From NCBI GenBank assembly GCA_004022145.1, contig RCNU01000001.1: a stretch of 64,000 nt of DNA. One strand, given 5' to 3'. The notes beneath the pieces are model-generated. The model searched no databases. It was not told the origin of the DNA and saw nothing but the letters and a program-made list of their open reading frames with translations. The translations under genes and the position numbers were made by a program. This document shows positions 48,436 through 62,769 of the stretch, in pieces; positions within the stretch are counted from its first letter, which is position 1; the number at the start of each line of letters is the position of its first letter. The stretch is from Paecilomyces variotii. Its lineage: Eukaryota.

Positions 48436-49022
48436 GCCGACTATCTCTTTAAGATACCCCTCTTGTTATCTTTTCTTTCTTGTTCAACAGCGAATCGCAT
48501 GGTCTGGCTCTGGAAAGGCGTTGCGAGTGTTAAAATGCTGTTTTGCCCAAATGGCTGCACACGGCGCAGTGCAGTTAACTACCTACAACAAGCACATGGT
48601 TAATCTCTTTCTTTGGCATAGTATAAAAAAAATGGAGCGTTTGCATATTACATTCTACTCTATCGTATAAAGATCATATAGGTTTCGTTGGTGATGGATA
48701 GCAGCAAATATATATATATCGGAAACTTCCGCGTCCATCTACTCAACCAATCAAACGCGCTTTTGATATGCCTTCCACCACATCCTCATGTTACTCAAAC
48801 CGTCGCCTGATTTATGCGCAGAACGATCTATCCATTGAACGAAATCAGATCATATCTTTCTTTCTGATTTCCAGCCATACCGTGACGTCATTCCCAGGGG
48901 CGGGGAGTTCACTAAGTAAGTGGAAGCTAAAAAAGAAAACTATTTCTCAAACCCCGAGACCGGCCAGTCAACCCCGCGTAGTCTTCATATTGCTGATAAC
49001 CGTACGGACGCTTCTGATCAAG

Positions 49023-51107
49023 ATGAGTTCCGGCGATGATCGGGAGAATGACAGATCAGCAATCGTGTTATACGGTTCAGAAACCGGAAATGCACAGGAG
49101 GTAGCGGAGGAGTTGGGGAGGCTTGCTGAAAGATTGCATTTCTCGACTCACGTGGCCGAGCTTAATGAAGTTAAAGCTGTATGCAAATCCATTCCAGTAT
49201 TGTAGTTCAGAACGCTCATCTGAAGACATAGGATTCTTTAGCATCATATACGATTACGATAATCGCCGTGTCGACCACCGGTCAGGGAGACTTTCCAGCC
49301 AATGCGAGATCGTTCTGGAGGACGCTTCTGCTCAAGAGGCTCCCGCCCACTTTCTTGCAGGGGGTGAACTTCGCACTATTTGGGTTGGGAGATAGCTCAT
49401 ATCCAAAGTAGGTGACAAATTCTATTGCCTCCAGATGAGATATCGGCTAACTAGTTAGGTTCAATTGGGCTTCGCGGAAGCTGTATAAGAGGTTGCTACA
49501 ATTGGGTGCTAACGAGATATATCCATCCGGAGAAGCTGATCAACAACATCCAGAAGGGTGAGGTCCTTTCGAGTCTTCATATTTGCCACGTACTAATAGC
49601 TCATAGACTCGAGGCTACATTTCTACCATGGTGTTCAGATCTGCGAAAGCATCTCCTCGACGAGTATCCCCTTCCTTCCGGTCAGCAGCCGATACCGGAT
49701 GATGTACCGCTTCCTCCTAAATGGATCCTAGAAGAACAGAGCAATCCTTCAGTGTTCAAAGAACCAGACGTGAAGATAGTGTCCGGGGTTGAAAACGACG
49801 AATACCCAGGACTTTATCGTCTTGATCATGACGAACGACCAATCCCTAACACATTCACTGCCAAACTCACTCAGAACAGAAGAGTCACGCCATCTAAACA
49901 TTGGCAAGATGTCCGCCATATATCTTTAACGGTCCCTGAATCTATGAAATATGATCCTGGAGATATGATTTCCATCATGCCGAAGAATTTCCCCCAGGAC
50001 GTTGATAACCTGATAAAGATGATGGGCTGGGAAGAACAGGCAGATAAGCCCATCAAATTTGTCCCTGGGGTCGGCCTGCGGTCCAAAAAGAATATTCCAC
50101 CAGCACCGATTCCCTACCTCGTCTCCTTCCCACATTTGACTCTGCGGATTCTCCTGTCAGATTATTTGGACATCAAGTCTATCCCTCGACGATCCTTCTT
50201 ATCCGCCATTGCCCATTATACGAATGATGAGATGCATAAAGAGCGATTGTTGGAATTCACGAAACCTGAGTATATAGATGAATTATGGGACTACACGACG
50301 CGGCCTCGACGAAGTATCTTGGAAGTTCTTCACGAATTCGACAGCGTCAAGATCCCCTGGCAGCACGCCGCCTCCGTCTTTCCTGTTCTGCGTGGTCGAC
50401 AGTTCAGTATTGCAAGCGGTGGAGAATTGAAACAAACCCCGGACGGTGGCACCAAGTTTGAGCTGTTGATCGCCATCGTCAGATACCAGACAGTTATCAA
50501 GAAGATTCGGGAAGGGGTATGCACGCGATACCTCTCTGTCCTTCGTCCAGGGAGCACGGTTAAAGTTCAGCTGCAACGAGGAGGACTCAATTCCTCCATG
50601 AAGCAACTTATCGGGCCATCCGTTCTTGTCGGTCCCGGAACGGGCATCGCTCCACTACGTGCCATGATCTGGGAGAAAGCTACTATCGCAAAAGCATATC
50701 GTACAGAGAATCCGGGTATAGATCCCCCAATTGGACCCACCGTCCTTGTATTCGGCGGCCGCAACCGCGCGTCAGATTATTTCTTCGAAGAAGAATGGAA
50801 GCAGCTCTCGGAAACAATTGATTTAAAGGTCCTAACGGCCTTCTCACGAGATCAGAAACAAAAGTTCTACGTACAGGATGTCATCAGAGAGAACTTCAAC
50901 ATGTTGTTCAATCTCCTGCATGATTTGTCTGGATCTGTGTATATCTGTGGTTCATCTGGAAAGATGCCACAGGCAGTTCGAGAGGCGTTGATAGAGACCT
51001 TTCAGCATGGAGACCACAGTGGAGTGGAGAATTACACTAGGGAACAGGCGGAGAAGTACTTGGTCGAAATGGAAAAACTCGGAAGGTATAAGCAGGAGAC
51101 GTGGTGA
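49023..51107 (+). CDS. TAH18: NADPH-dependent diflavin oxidoreductase 1
   Basis: Flavodoxin motifs LYGSETGNAQ, STTGQGD and FGLGDSSYPKFN, then HWQDVRH, RQFSIAS, VGPGTGIAP and C-terminal RYKQETW. Three introns. Confidence 0.92.
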
Positions 51108-52636
51108 TAGAACCAAATATTGACCCATTGAGTCAGATTGTTCTGGATCATATGCTTGGATTGGTAAAGACCTTTATTTGGATATGCTAATAGACCTGTC
51201 TGCACCCTCTCATCTGACGATAGAAGCGAAATGCTCAAAAGAAAGATGCAAAAATGTTTCTTCCTGATTAGAATTCCGTACGTGATGTGCGAAGGAAGCC
51301 CGATCATTATGACACATCTCCAACTCGGTCAGTGAATACGGAAATCATACCTGACGCCGGAGGTAAGGCCGTCTTCCTGGTGTCCCGGGATATTCTTTTG
51401 TGCTCTCTTGGAAACGGATAGCTCGGACATGCCGCAATGGTGTCGGGGAAGATGATCGATCCATGGACATGGACACCAGGAACCACTAAAACCGTGCGGC
51501 ACCTCATGTTTATTGAACAACATTCGTACATATGTTGTAACAGAGACTCAGGGCGAGAACTCGGCCCCTCACGATCCATACTATAGCTGCAGTCGGTACT
51601 TTCGGGGGTGTTGACCTGAATCGAGCGCTGCGAGACAGAGTTCCAGCATGCAACAGATGATTTGTTCAGGCAATTCGATTTGATAAATAAGCCCGTGTTT
51701 GGGTAATCTAAATGATAGTCAAGCTACTTTTAAGCGGCTTACAGTATGAGCTAAGATAGGGTCCGTAATGGCAGGATATTCTGATACTTCGACTCTATCA
51801 CTGGTAATTCCTTGGCAGTGAAGTATAAATCCCATCTAAACCTACATTCAGCCTCTAGTCTAATTGACCAGACCTTTTGTTCCGATCATATCTTATTCTG
51901 CCAGGTTATATCCAGGGATCCTTGAAGGGACAGATCTAGAATTAAAATCATACTTTGGGACCAAGCTGAGAAACTCACAGCCGGGGCAACTCCATGTCCA
52001 TCTCTTCTGTTTTCAAATCTGTGTTCAGTGGTTCCTCCAGCTCGTCCATGATTTAGTGATACTAAAACCTAACACAAAGCATATTGTTTAGTACTCCTCG
52101 TAACGGCGTGATATAATCGTGATGGAATGTGGATTTGATTATGCTGTTGTTCTCACGATCCGTCTTTGGAGCTGCAGTTCCGAGGCTGGATCTCTAGTTA
52201 TCCTAGATGAAGTCACTGGGCCCTGCCACGTACTGGCACAAGATATCTCTTTGTATGGTGAAACTGAATACAAGCGTATGATGACAATGCATTGTGTACT
52301 ATTTGTTATGATATCCTCATCGTGCTTCAATATCAGTCGGCTACTCACCACTGCCTTTCCTAAGTGCTAAGTATTCGAGCCATGGGCTACATAGGGCTAG
52401 TCAATATACCCATTAATCATTTAAATTGTCTTTCTCACTGAGTTTAGGAAGAGGTTTCTTCCGCAACCTAGTTCATGCATGGGAGACATCGAAAGTGCGA
52501 GCTCGTTGTGTGCTGTTTCTACAATTAATTCCTCCGTACGGTCATCCTCAACATTTGCTTCGGTAACCTCTGGTTGGGATTAAGCGTTTTGCAAGTGCTT
52601 GATTTGCTGCCCCCCTGTTGGGTAGGATATAGCGCA

Positions 52637-55600
52637 ATGAGACTACAGGCAGTAGTTACCAACTCCTGTATTCTGTTGATTCAGGTGATATCTGCCCTCC
52701 GCTATGATCCCGAAGAAGTTGGTTTCAATCTCAACGAAAATGAAACGGCCAGAGACCCTATGGATTACTGGGGAGAGTGGAAAGATCACAGCTACTACCC
52801 ATCTCCAGACAATTGGCGAATCCCGTTCTATACACTCTTCATTGACAGGTTTGTGAATGGTGATCCTGCCAACGACGATGCGAACGGGACGCAATTCGAG
52901 CATGATCTGCTTTCAAACCAACTTAGACATGGCGGGGACGTAAAGGGTTTGATGGACAGTTTTGACTACATACAAGGCATGGGAGTGAAGGTAGATTTGG
53001 CCCATGATATATATCTTGAAGGAGCTGGTTCTGACTTACACAGGCTCTCTACATTGCTGGCATGCCGCATATCAATATGCCTTGGGGATCAGACGGATTT
53101 TCACCCCTTGATCTGACCCTTCTCGATCGTCACTTTGGTAATATAGACGATTGGCGCGAAATGATATCTGAGGCTCACAGACGAGGGATCTATATCATTT
53201 TGGAAAATACTATGTCTACGTATGTGGGAAGCAGAATTTCAACACAGAAAGAGAAGCTGACAACTTTTAGGATGGGTGATCTTATCGGCTTCAAAGGTTT
53301 CCTGAATACATCCGCGCCATTCAATCCTTACGAGTATGATCATGTGTGGAAGTCATCACGTCGTTATCACGATTTCCAACCTGGAGATTCATGGCTTGAA
53401 GAATGCGCGCATCCTCGATTCTGGGATGATCTCGGGAGAGGAGTGACTTCACAGATAACATTAGTCCGTGGCTGTCGTGATAGCGAGTTCGATCAGGTAA
53501 ACCAGACTGACTGTGTGGGGTTGGGAATCTGCTGACGACTTCCTAGTACGGTGAAGTTGCGTCGTTCGGAGATTACAGAGAATGGCAACGGCAAGTCAGC
53601 AAGTTTGCATTCGTACAGGACCGCCTTAGGGAGTGGCGAACCGATGTCAGGCAGAAGCTTGAACACTTTTCTTGTCTTACCATTGCAATGCTCGATATAG
53701 ATGGATTCAGAATCGATAAGGCAATCCAGGTTACTCTCGATGCGCAGGCAGAATGGTCAGATTCTATCCGTCGTTGTGCCCGCCGGTTTGGAAAAGAGAA
53801 TTTCTACATTCCCGGCGAAATAGTGTCTGGAAATTCGTTTGGATCACTTTATATCGGTCGCGGTCGACAGACAAACCAAACAATTACGAACATGACAGAG
53901 GCTGTCACCTTGACCAACGATAGCGACCATAGAATGCATATCAGACCTCCTCAGAAGGCAGCACTCGATGCATCTGCGTTTCACTATAGTGTTTACCGCT
54001 CTCTAACAAGATTCCTTGGGTAAGAAGTGATTGTTTTGGATGTTTGGTGCGGATGCTAATTTGGATTCTAGCATGGATGGCACATTCGAAGCAGAAGGGG
54101 ATCCGCCATCGAATTTCGTCGAACTCTGGAACGGGCTGGTCCAGACGAATGACATGGTCAATGTAAACACAGGAAAGTTCGATCCGCGTCATCTATATGG
54201 CACGTCCAACCAGGATGTTTTTCGGTGGCCAGCGATCAAAAACGGCACAGAAAAGCAAGTCTTAGCACTATACGTGGTGTCTTTGTTGATGCCAGGGATA
54301 CCAAATATTGCTTGGGGAGAAGAACAGGCGTTCTACGTTCTCGAAAACACCAATGCGAATTACGGTGAGTAGCACTTCTCGAGAGGCTAGACGCGGAAAT
54401 CACTAAACAATTATAGTTTTTGGACGTTCCCCTATGTCTTCCTCCTTGGCATGGCAACTGCACGGCTGCTACAAGGTCGGCTCAGTGAAATATCACGATT
54501 TCCCGATTGGAAGTGCTTCGTATGGTTGCCTTGATGACAATGTCAGTCTGGACCACCGTGATCCAACGCATCCTGTTCGGGGCTTAATCAAAACAATGTT
54601 TGAGATGCGTCAGAACTACCCTGTCTTGAATGACGGGTACTACCTTCAACAGCTCTCAAATAAGACCTATGATCTCTATTTACCAGGAAGTAATGGTACT
54701 CCCACAGAGACGGGCATGTGGAGTGTACTGCGAGACCGGTTCTGGGGCGTGCAAGACTTTACTAGTATAGGCCAAGGAAACCAGAGCGTTTGGTTAGTCT
54801 ATCAAAATGATAACAGGACTATAGACTACAGATTCAACTGCTTTTCAGAGGATGCACTGATCTCACCGTTCGACGCAGGAACAACGGTAAAGAATCTGCT
54901 TCCTCCATTCGAGGAGTATACACTAGAAAGGAGTTCAAAAAAACTACGGTAAGCTGGATATCTAATGCGAAATACTGGTTGCTGACCATGACAGGCTGGA
55001 GGGATCTGAGAGTTGGAATGGCTGCCTGTCCATGTTAACCTTGTCTCCTTGGTCATTCAAGGCATTCGTTCCTAAGAAAGTGTTTGTGGAACCCTCACCA
55101 TTTATTACGAAGTTTACTCCAGGGCATGACTGGCGTATCCTTTCCACAATAAACGCCGGTGAGAGTATATATATCGGTTTTCAATTCTCATCAGAGATGG
55201 ATTGCAACAGTATAACGAATGCGATCTCAATTAAATCAACGGCCTATGGGAATTATACTGCTCAGCTTGACAAGAGTACAGTCTCTTGTAACACAATCGC
55301 TGAAACACAAATGGTTTCTTGGCCTGGAGCTCTCGCAAGCGTATACAATTACTCGGTCCAGTTGACAAACGTATTCCACGGAGTGCACGAGATAATCGTC
55401 AGCAACGCAAGCAACAGGAACGGGAACCGTATGACCAATGTGAGTGATATAAGATCTAACACGAATAAACCTCTAACGAATATGCTAGTCTGTCGATCAT
55501 TTCATATTTCGAATAGGGTCCATGGATAACCCAATTGTATGGCCAAGGGAGGCTAACTACAGTACATCACTGCTCTACGAGGATATTTCAAGAAATGGAA

Positions 55601-58600
55601 CGTTATGGGTCTCTCACAAAGCTCACGGTGCAGACAAGTGGCGTTATACCCTTGACTTTGGATCTTCTTACAGTGAATGGATGCCATATCAAGGTGGCGA
55701 CCAATCCATTCCACCCAAGAACTGGACTGGAACAAAAAAGCAAAAATGGGACGGCGAACATATCATGGTGCAATACTGGAATAGAATCACAGGAAGCAGT
55801 GACCATTGGCAACACGGAGATGTAGGCATCTATGGCCTTCCACCTAGGCGATACCCCCATTTCTGGATCGAAGGATCATTCAATCAATTCGGATACGATT
55901 CTGGTTACGACAACGAGATGGCCATGAATAATCTTACCGGGAACTGGGAGTATGATTTCCTCGCAGAGTGGCCTGCTCAACTCTCGTTGAGCGCATGGGG
56001 AGTCAATCCCGATGGTCAACCAGATGAGACACAAGTATTTGGGGATCTGGATGGAGACGGGGTCCTCGATCGCATTCCACCGTTGTCGCTGTTGACGAAC
56101 CGTATTAACCTAACAGATCCCCCGCCTTCTCCATATCTCTCCTGGAAAGTTTCTCTGGATGATGGCAACCTGAGATATTTCAAGATACCAATCGGATCAT
56201 GGAGAGTGCAGTTAACTCTTTATCTCCTGCTTGCTCTAGTACCGGTTGCCACTGCTATGATCTCAGTGTGGGCATATCTGAAGCTCTTCTATCAGATCAA
56301 ACTCAACAGATTCGGTATTTCTGAGAAGCAGCATATCGTACCTTTTTCAATACGCAATTGCTTAACCCAACTGCGTGGCACTTGGAATCGTCTCAATGCA
56401 GAAGGAGGTTTTAGCAACGCCATTTCAAGGATCCTCAAATATCCGCAAGACAAAAGATCCAACAGACAGGCGCCCAATGCGGACGCAGGAGATAATCGAC
56501 GTACTGTCCTCATTGCCACCATGGAGTATGATATCGAGGATTGGGATATAAAGATAAAAATTGGTGGGTTGGGAGTAATGGCGCAGCTCATGGGCAAAAA
56601 CTTGGGTCATCAGAACCTTATATGGGTCGTGCCATGCATCGGCGGTATCAACTATCCAGAAGATGAAAGAGCCGATCCAATAGAAGTGAAAATCCTTGGG
56701 AAGACCTATCTAATTCAAGTTCAATACCATGTTCTCCGCAACATCACATACGTTCTTCTTGATGCGCCGGTATTCAGATCTCAGTCCAAATATGAACCCT
56801 ATCCACCGAGAATGGACGATCTTAACTCGGCGATCTATTATTCAGCTTGGAATTCATGCATTGCGGAGGTGTTAAAACGATTTACCGTTGATATATACCA
56901 CATAAATGATTATCATGGTGCGGTAGCTCCCTTGCACCTATTGCCAGAAACAATACCCTGTTGCTTATCTTTGCATAACGCCGAGTTCCAGGGTCTATGG
57001 CCCATGAGAACAAAAAATGAGCGCGATGAAGTCTGTCGAGTCTTCAACCTTGATCCGGTGATTGTCAAGACATACGTCCAATTTGGTGACGTTTTTAACC
57101 TTCTTCATGCCGCAGCAAGCTACTTGTATATCCATCAAGACGGTTTCGGTGCAGTTGCCGTCTCCAGGAAATATGGAAAAAGGTCATACGCCAGGTACCC
57201 TATCTTCTGGGGGTTGAAGGAGATAGGTTCACTTCCAAACCCGGACCCCTCAGATACAGCAGACTTGGATGCAAGTGAAGATTATAGTAATGCTCAAGTG
57301 GACCATAACTTTGAAGCACGTCGAATAGCTCTGAAGCAGCAAGCTCAGGAATGGGCCGGTCTACACCAGGATGCAAGTGCTGAATTGTTTGTTTTCCTTG
57401 GCCGGTGGTCGATGCAGAAGGGGATCGATATCATCGCTGATGTCTTCCCATCTGTTCTGGACGGTTATCCAAGGGCACAGCTCATATGTATTGGACCTGT
57501 CATTGATGTTTATGGGAAGTTCGCTGCTATAAAACTCAGAAGATTGATGGAACTTTATCCGGGACGGGTGTCTTCAAGACCGGAGTTCACAGCCTTGCCC
57601 CCTTTTATATTCAGCGGTGCTGAGTTCGCTTTGATACCATCTCGCGATGAACCGTTTGGCCTTGTTGCAGTCGAATTCGGCCGCAAAGGGGCTCTGGGGA
57701 TCGGATCCCGGTGAGTAGCAATCATGGGTATCAAGTTACGTTTCTGACCTCTTCCAGAGTAGGTGGTCTCGGGCAGATGCCTGGATGGTGGTACACGATG
57801 TAAATCCGCAAAGCCCTCAGACAGCACGTTCTATACTAACAGTTTTCAGTGAATCAATGACAACGAAGCACCTTATTCACCAGTTCAAGCACGCAATCCA
57901 CGAAGCTTTGGCTTCTAAAACAGCTACGCGCGCAGGCATGCGTGCCCAAGCCGGAAGGCAGCGATTCCCTGTTATGCGATGGCTACAAGAGCTTGATACT
58001 CTGCAGTCAACGGCAATTAAGAAGCACAAAAGGTATAGGTCTGGAAAGACTTGTGCATGGTGGACCCCAGCGCTCTGTCTTAGTATGTTTAAACCAACAC
58101 CGCCCGCTCCACTTGGCTGTGGAGAGTCCTCTGGTGGCGCAGGGCATATTGAGGGTGCGTCTCATTCATCTGGAAGCCGAGGAGGTCGAGATGAGACGGA
58201 AAACCGCTCAAGGAATAGATATGAGCTACAGATTGAGGGAAGCTCCTCTTCTGAAACCGATGCACGATCATCAGATGACACAGTAATTCGCACAAGGCAT
58301 GGCCAACAAAGTCGACTGACACTGGACATTGAGTCAGATAGCCCTCAGCATTGGAGGGATAGGGCGATTCAAATATACTTAGACTTCGGAGACTTCGATC
58401 TCGATGATTTCGAGGTCCCTTCCGCATTCCTGAGGGACCCAGCGATCAATTCTCCTCCGGATTCATGCCTTAATACACCGTCCACGACAGAGACTTCAAC
58501 CACTCTGCTGGGTTGTCCTACACCTCTCCAGTGGCAAGACTCAACAGCCAGTCTACTAAGTGTAGAGAGCGTCGTGAAAGAAAACCGTGATTATAATCTA

Positions 58601-60523
58601 CAGAAGATCCGTCCTCTCTTCACCGATTCAAACAATGAATATGCTAGAAGATTTGAGAGGAAACTGGAGAACCTTAACGGAAAGAATTCCGAAGACCAGT
58701 TATGCATCGACGAATTCCTTTCTAAGTGTGAAAAACACTGGTTCGGCCGATACCGTGATGCTAAAATGGGAAGCATGCCCGCATCGTCAGTTGAGCGGGC
58801 CAAAATACACAGCGACAGTTCACAGAGCTCATCATCACACTCTGTTCCCCTCGACAATGATAATGATATTGAACAGTTTCTTCTGCCACGAGGTTATATT
58901 CCTCCCTCCGGTCTAAAGAGACTTCTTCTCAGACGGTTGGGTGACTGGCCCTTATATTCCCTGTTACTCGCATTTGTTCGTCAACCGAATAACCTCATCG
59001 AAGGACCCTGCTGACATTCACCAGGGCCAGATAATTGCGGCAAATTCGTACCAAGTTACTCTATTGAATGGCGAAGTTGGTGAACCAGCTGAGAAGCTAT
59101 ACATTGTCGCAACCATATATCTCGTATCTTCTATCATATGGTGGATCATATTTCGCTTGTTTAAGCCAGTTGTGGTTTTGTCTGTACCGTTCATTGTACG
59201 TCACGAGATACCTGTGCTTTTCACGTATGCATTTTCATGTTTTTACTGACTACAATAGTTCTATGGCTCTGCCTTCCTTTTTATCGGCTGCTCTCCCTTT
59301 GTCCGAATAGGAGTGGGTAGGGCTTGGATGCAGAATGCTGCAACAGGCCTGTATGCATTCGCATCATCCAGTGGATCTATTTTCTTTGCCCTCAATTTTG
59401 GGGATGAAGGTGAGTAAGAGATCGACAAATAAATATTTTTTGTATATGTATTGACTATCCATGGAGGGAATGCACCTGTAACGTCGTGGGCGTTTCGAGC
59501 TTGTGTCATACAAGGAATTCAACAACTATACGTTACCTTCCTCTGGTTCTGGGGGAGTTCCTTGACCACAGCAAGTGAGACAGGGTTGAAAAAGACGAGC
59601 CTTGCTGATTCCAATCCTCACACACTCATTGGAGTGGGAGTGGGTATTGCTATCTTCCTCTGGGCTATAGGTGGTTTAATATTCCTTGGGCTACCGAGCT
59701 ATTATCGCCAAACACCTGGCAAAGTCCCATCGTTCTACCGGACATTGCTGCGAAGGAAAATAGTTCTCGTAAGTGACATCCCAGCGGAGGATTATGCCAT
59801 TTCTTCAGCGTTGACTGTTTTCTAGTGGTTTTTCTATACTGTCTTTATTCAGAACTATTTCTTGTCGGCCCCCTATGGCCGAAATTGGCTTTACCTCTGG
59901 TCTAGCCAGCATGCAAAGAAATGGCACATTGTACTCCTTGTACTGCTATTCTTCGTTGTTGTCTGGGCGATATTCCTCTGGTGTTTCAGTGTGCTTTCTA
60001 AGCGACATGCATGGATTATTCCCATATTCGCTGTTGGACTGGGGACACCCCGCTGGTGCCAGATGCTGTGGTCGACATCGAACATAGGCGCATATCTTCC
60101 CTGGGCTGGCGGGCCACTGGCCAGCGCTCTTGTAGGTAGAGTGCTCTGGCTCTGGCTTGGTGTGCTCGACACGGTTCAAGGTGTCGGTAAGTTTGGATCC
60201 ATGGATTATTTTATCCGCACGTTTCATCATGACTGACGCATGGTGGAAATGCAGGCTTCGGTATGATCTTGATAAACACACTAACACGGTTCCATATCGT
60301 ATTCACCTTACTCGCAGCTCAAGTCATTGGGTCAATTTCCACTATCCTGGCTCGTGCCTCTGCTCCAGATAAAGTAGGGCCCGGAGATGTCTTTCCCAGC
60401 TTCGCTGCAGGCGTCTCGGATGGACTGTCTAGAGTATCATTCTGGATATGCTTGATCTTTTTGCTCTCCACAAACGTTCTTTGCTTCATGTTCTTCCGCA
60501 AGGGGCAACTGCAGAAGCCGTGA
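52637..60523 (+). CDS. ags: Cell-wall alpha-1,3-glucan synthase (GH13 + GT5 + multi-TM)
   Basis: Signal peptide, PFYTLFIDRFVNGDP, DGFRIDKA, TMEYDIEDW.IKIKIGGLG, HINDYHG, SRDEPFGLVAVEF and a C-terminal TM region ending FFRKGQLQKP. Checked junctions splice in frame. Paralog not assigned. Confidence 0.95.
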
Positions 60524-61151
60524 ATATTCTAGCAGGTCCTATCAAATATGGCATGCGAGATTTCGAGTTATCGTTATAGACGCTTGGCAATTATTTTCTG
60601 TCTGAGCTTTGTTTGATAGTCTCCTAATTTATGTGCATGTGCTGTGGTTAGCATACATTTCTTATTCCATTATTGGATGTCCGTCCTGGTATATTGAATA
60701 GTTTATTTCCATCGAAGATCCATTGTGGCTCCATTGGACCTGACATGTTGTTGCATCTACTTGGTGAGCGTGCGATTAGCATCAATTGATTGCCTGAGTC
60801 CACAGAAGATTGTGAGATATGTTGTTATGGTGTAGGATGAGATTAAGTATGAAATAGAAGTTCTCGAAACATGAAAAAGACCAGAACGGCAATTTCATTC
60901 TCGTCTTCATTGACGTGATTGATAGGTATACTGCTAATTGTAAACCGACACGAAGCGATAACGACCTCGGCTGTGGGCAGACTCGGGAACGGACGACATC
61001 GGCCTCGGGTTGGCTTCTCCGGTGAGGCACAGGAGCTTTCTCCGCCAAAGCATACTCTCCCCTCTGACTCTCCGGCTTTCCTCCACGACATCGCTGGTCT
61101 GGTCCATTGTATCTGGCATTGGACTTGTCTATACCTCGGTGAACGTTCAAA

Positions 61152-62226
61152 ATGGCCAGCGCCCTGCGGATCTTGGTCCCTGTCAAGAGGGTGATCGACT
61201 ATACGGTACGTTGACTCTTTTGCCCTGTGCTGCTCCGATGCGGAGCTGCAACGAGGTCGCTTGCTCTCTTGAAGAAGCGTTCCAGGTCCAGCTTCTCTAC
61301 GGGGGTAGCCATATGCCTTCCTTGTCTGTTCCTTACCCTGACATTCATTGCGCTATAATATAATTAATTCCCAGTGACGGGCTCGATCTAACCTTAGCTA
61401 CAATCCAGGTCAAACCTCCAATCAACAAGGCAAAGACGGGCGTCGAGACAGCCGGCGTGAAGCACTCTCTCAACCCATTCGATGAGCTCTCTATCGAAGA
61501 GGCCGTTCGCATCCGCGAGCGCAAGGGCCCTCTGAAGGTCGACAACATCCTCGCGCTCTCTGCGGGCCCTGCCAAAGCCGCAGACACCCTCCGCACGGCC
61601 ATGGCCTTGGGCGCCGACCGAGCCTTCCACATCGACGTGCCCGAGTCCAACGACGGCGGCCTGGAGCCGCTGACTGTCGCGAAGCTGCTGAAGAGCGTCG
61701 TGGAGAAGGAGAACATCAATCTCGTCCTGCTGGGCAAGCAGGCCATCGACAGCGACCAGGGCCAGACGGGCCAGATGCTGGCTGGTCTGCTCAACTGGCC
61801 GCAGGCGACGCAGGCCAGCAAGGTTGACATCAAGGACGACAGTGGCACCATCGAAGTCACCCGCGAAGTCGACGGTGGTGTTGAGACCCTCCGCACGAAG
61901 CTGCCCATGGTCATTACGACGGATCTGCGCCTGAACGAGCCGCGTTACGCCAGCTTGCCTAACATCATGAAGGCGAAGAAGAAGCCGTTGGAGAAGAAGA
62001 CTCTGGCGGACTTTGGTATTGAGAATAAGAGGCGTTTGAAGACGTTGAAGGTTACCGGTATGTCCAATCAATGCTTGACCCACCAATGTTTTTTGCGCAA
62101 ATGTGGTTCTGCGTACAGAGTGACTAACACAACGCGAAAATAGAGCCCCCACCACGACAGGGTGGAGGCAAGGTCGAGGATGTCGACGGTCTCGTCTCTA
62201 AGCTCAAGGAGCTGGGCGCTCTGTGA
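61152..62226 (+). CDS. ETFB: Electron transfer flavoprotein beta subunit
   Basis: LRILVPVKRVIDY|, NPFDELSIEEAVR, GKQAIDSD.GQTG and DLRLNEPRYASLPNIMKAKKK. Introns 61206-61408 and 62058-62143. Confidence 0.95.
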
Positions 62227-62769
62227 GCTGTGAGCAAGTAGATGTTTCAAGGCTTGTTTTTGTTGTCGTTGTTGTTGATCTATTATATTGAAATGTGCCG
62301 CTGCGTTGCGTTTTATAGCCCCGTATGATTTGGGTCTACGAGCTTTTTGTCCCTAGACGATTTTTGAGGATAAAAACGAAAGTCAATGATAATTTGATTG
62401 TTTCCGGAACATTAGTGAATAATGTACGGTAGCTCTGGGAGAGTACTTTCTCCACCTAGTTTCTAGGAAAACTAACGTGATCTAATCTAAGCAAAGTAAT
62501 ACTCTAAAGTTCAAGATCAGCGTTCTGGCTATACATTCCAGTAATACAGTACTGTACATAGTCAGGCTGAAAATGGGACGGACTCCTCCCGCCGTACCTA
62601 TACTAGCAATACGAAATAAAATGAAATCAAATCTATCAGACCCTCCTAACTAGACATAGTAAAATATAACCATACAAGTGATCAGATAGCACAATATCTT
62701 CAGAATCAGAAATTCCATAGGAAACCCTTTCGAGGTCTTGACCCTTTTTGTAGTTGATATATATCTCTA

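Noticed and set aside
51307..52370. Short ORFs between TAH18 and ags
   Set aside because: No recognisable coding signal; treated as intergenic.
61345..62155. Long antisense ORFs (253 and 189 aa) over ETF-beta
   Set aside because: Expected from strong C/G-ending codon bias, which removes antisense stops.
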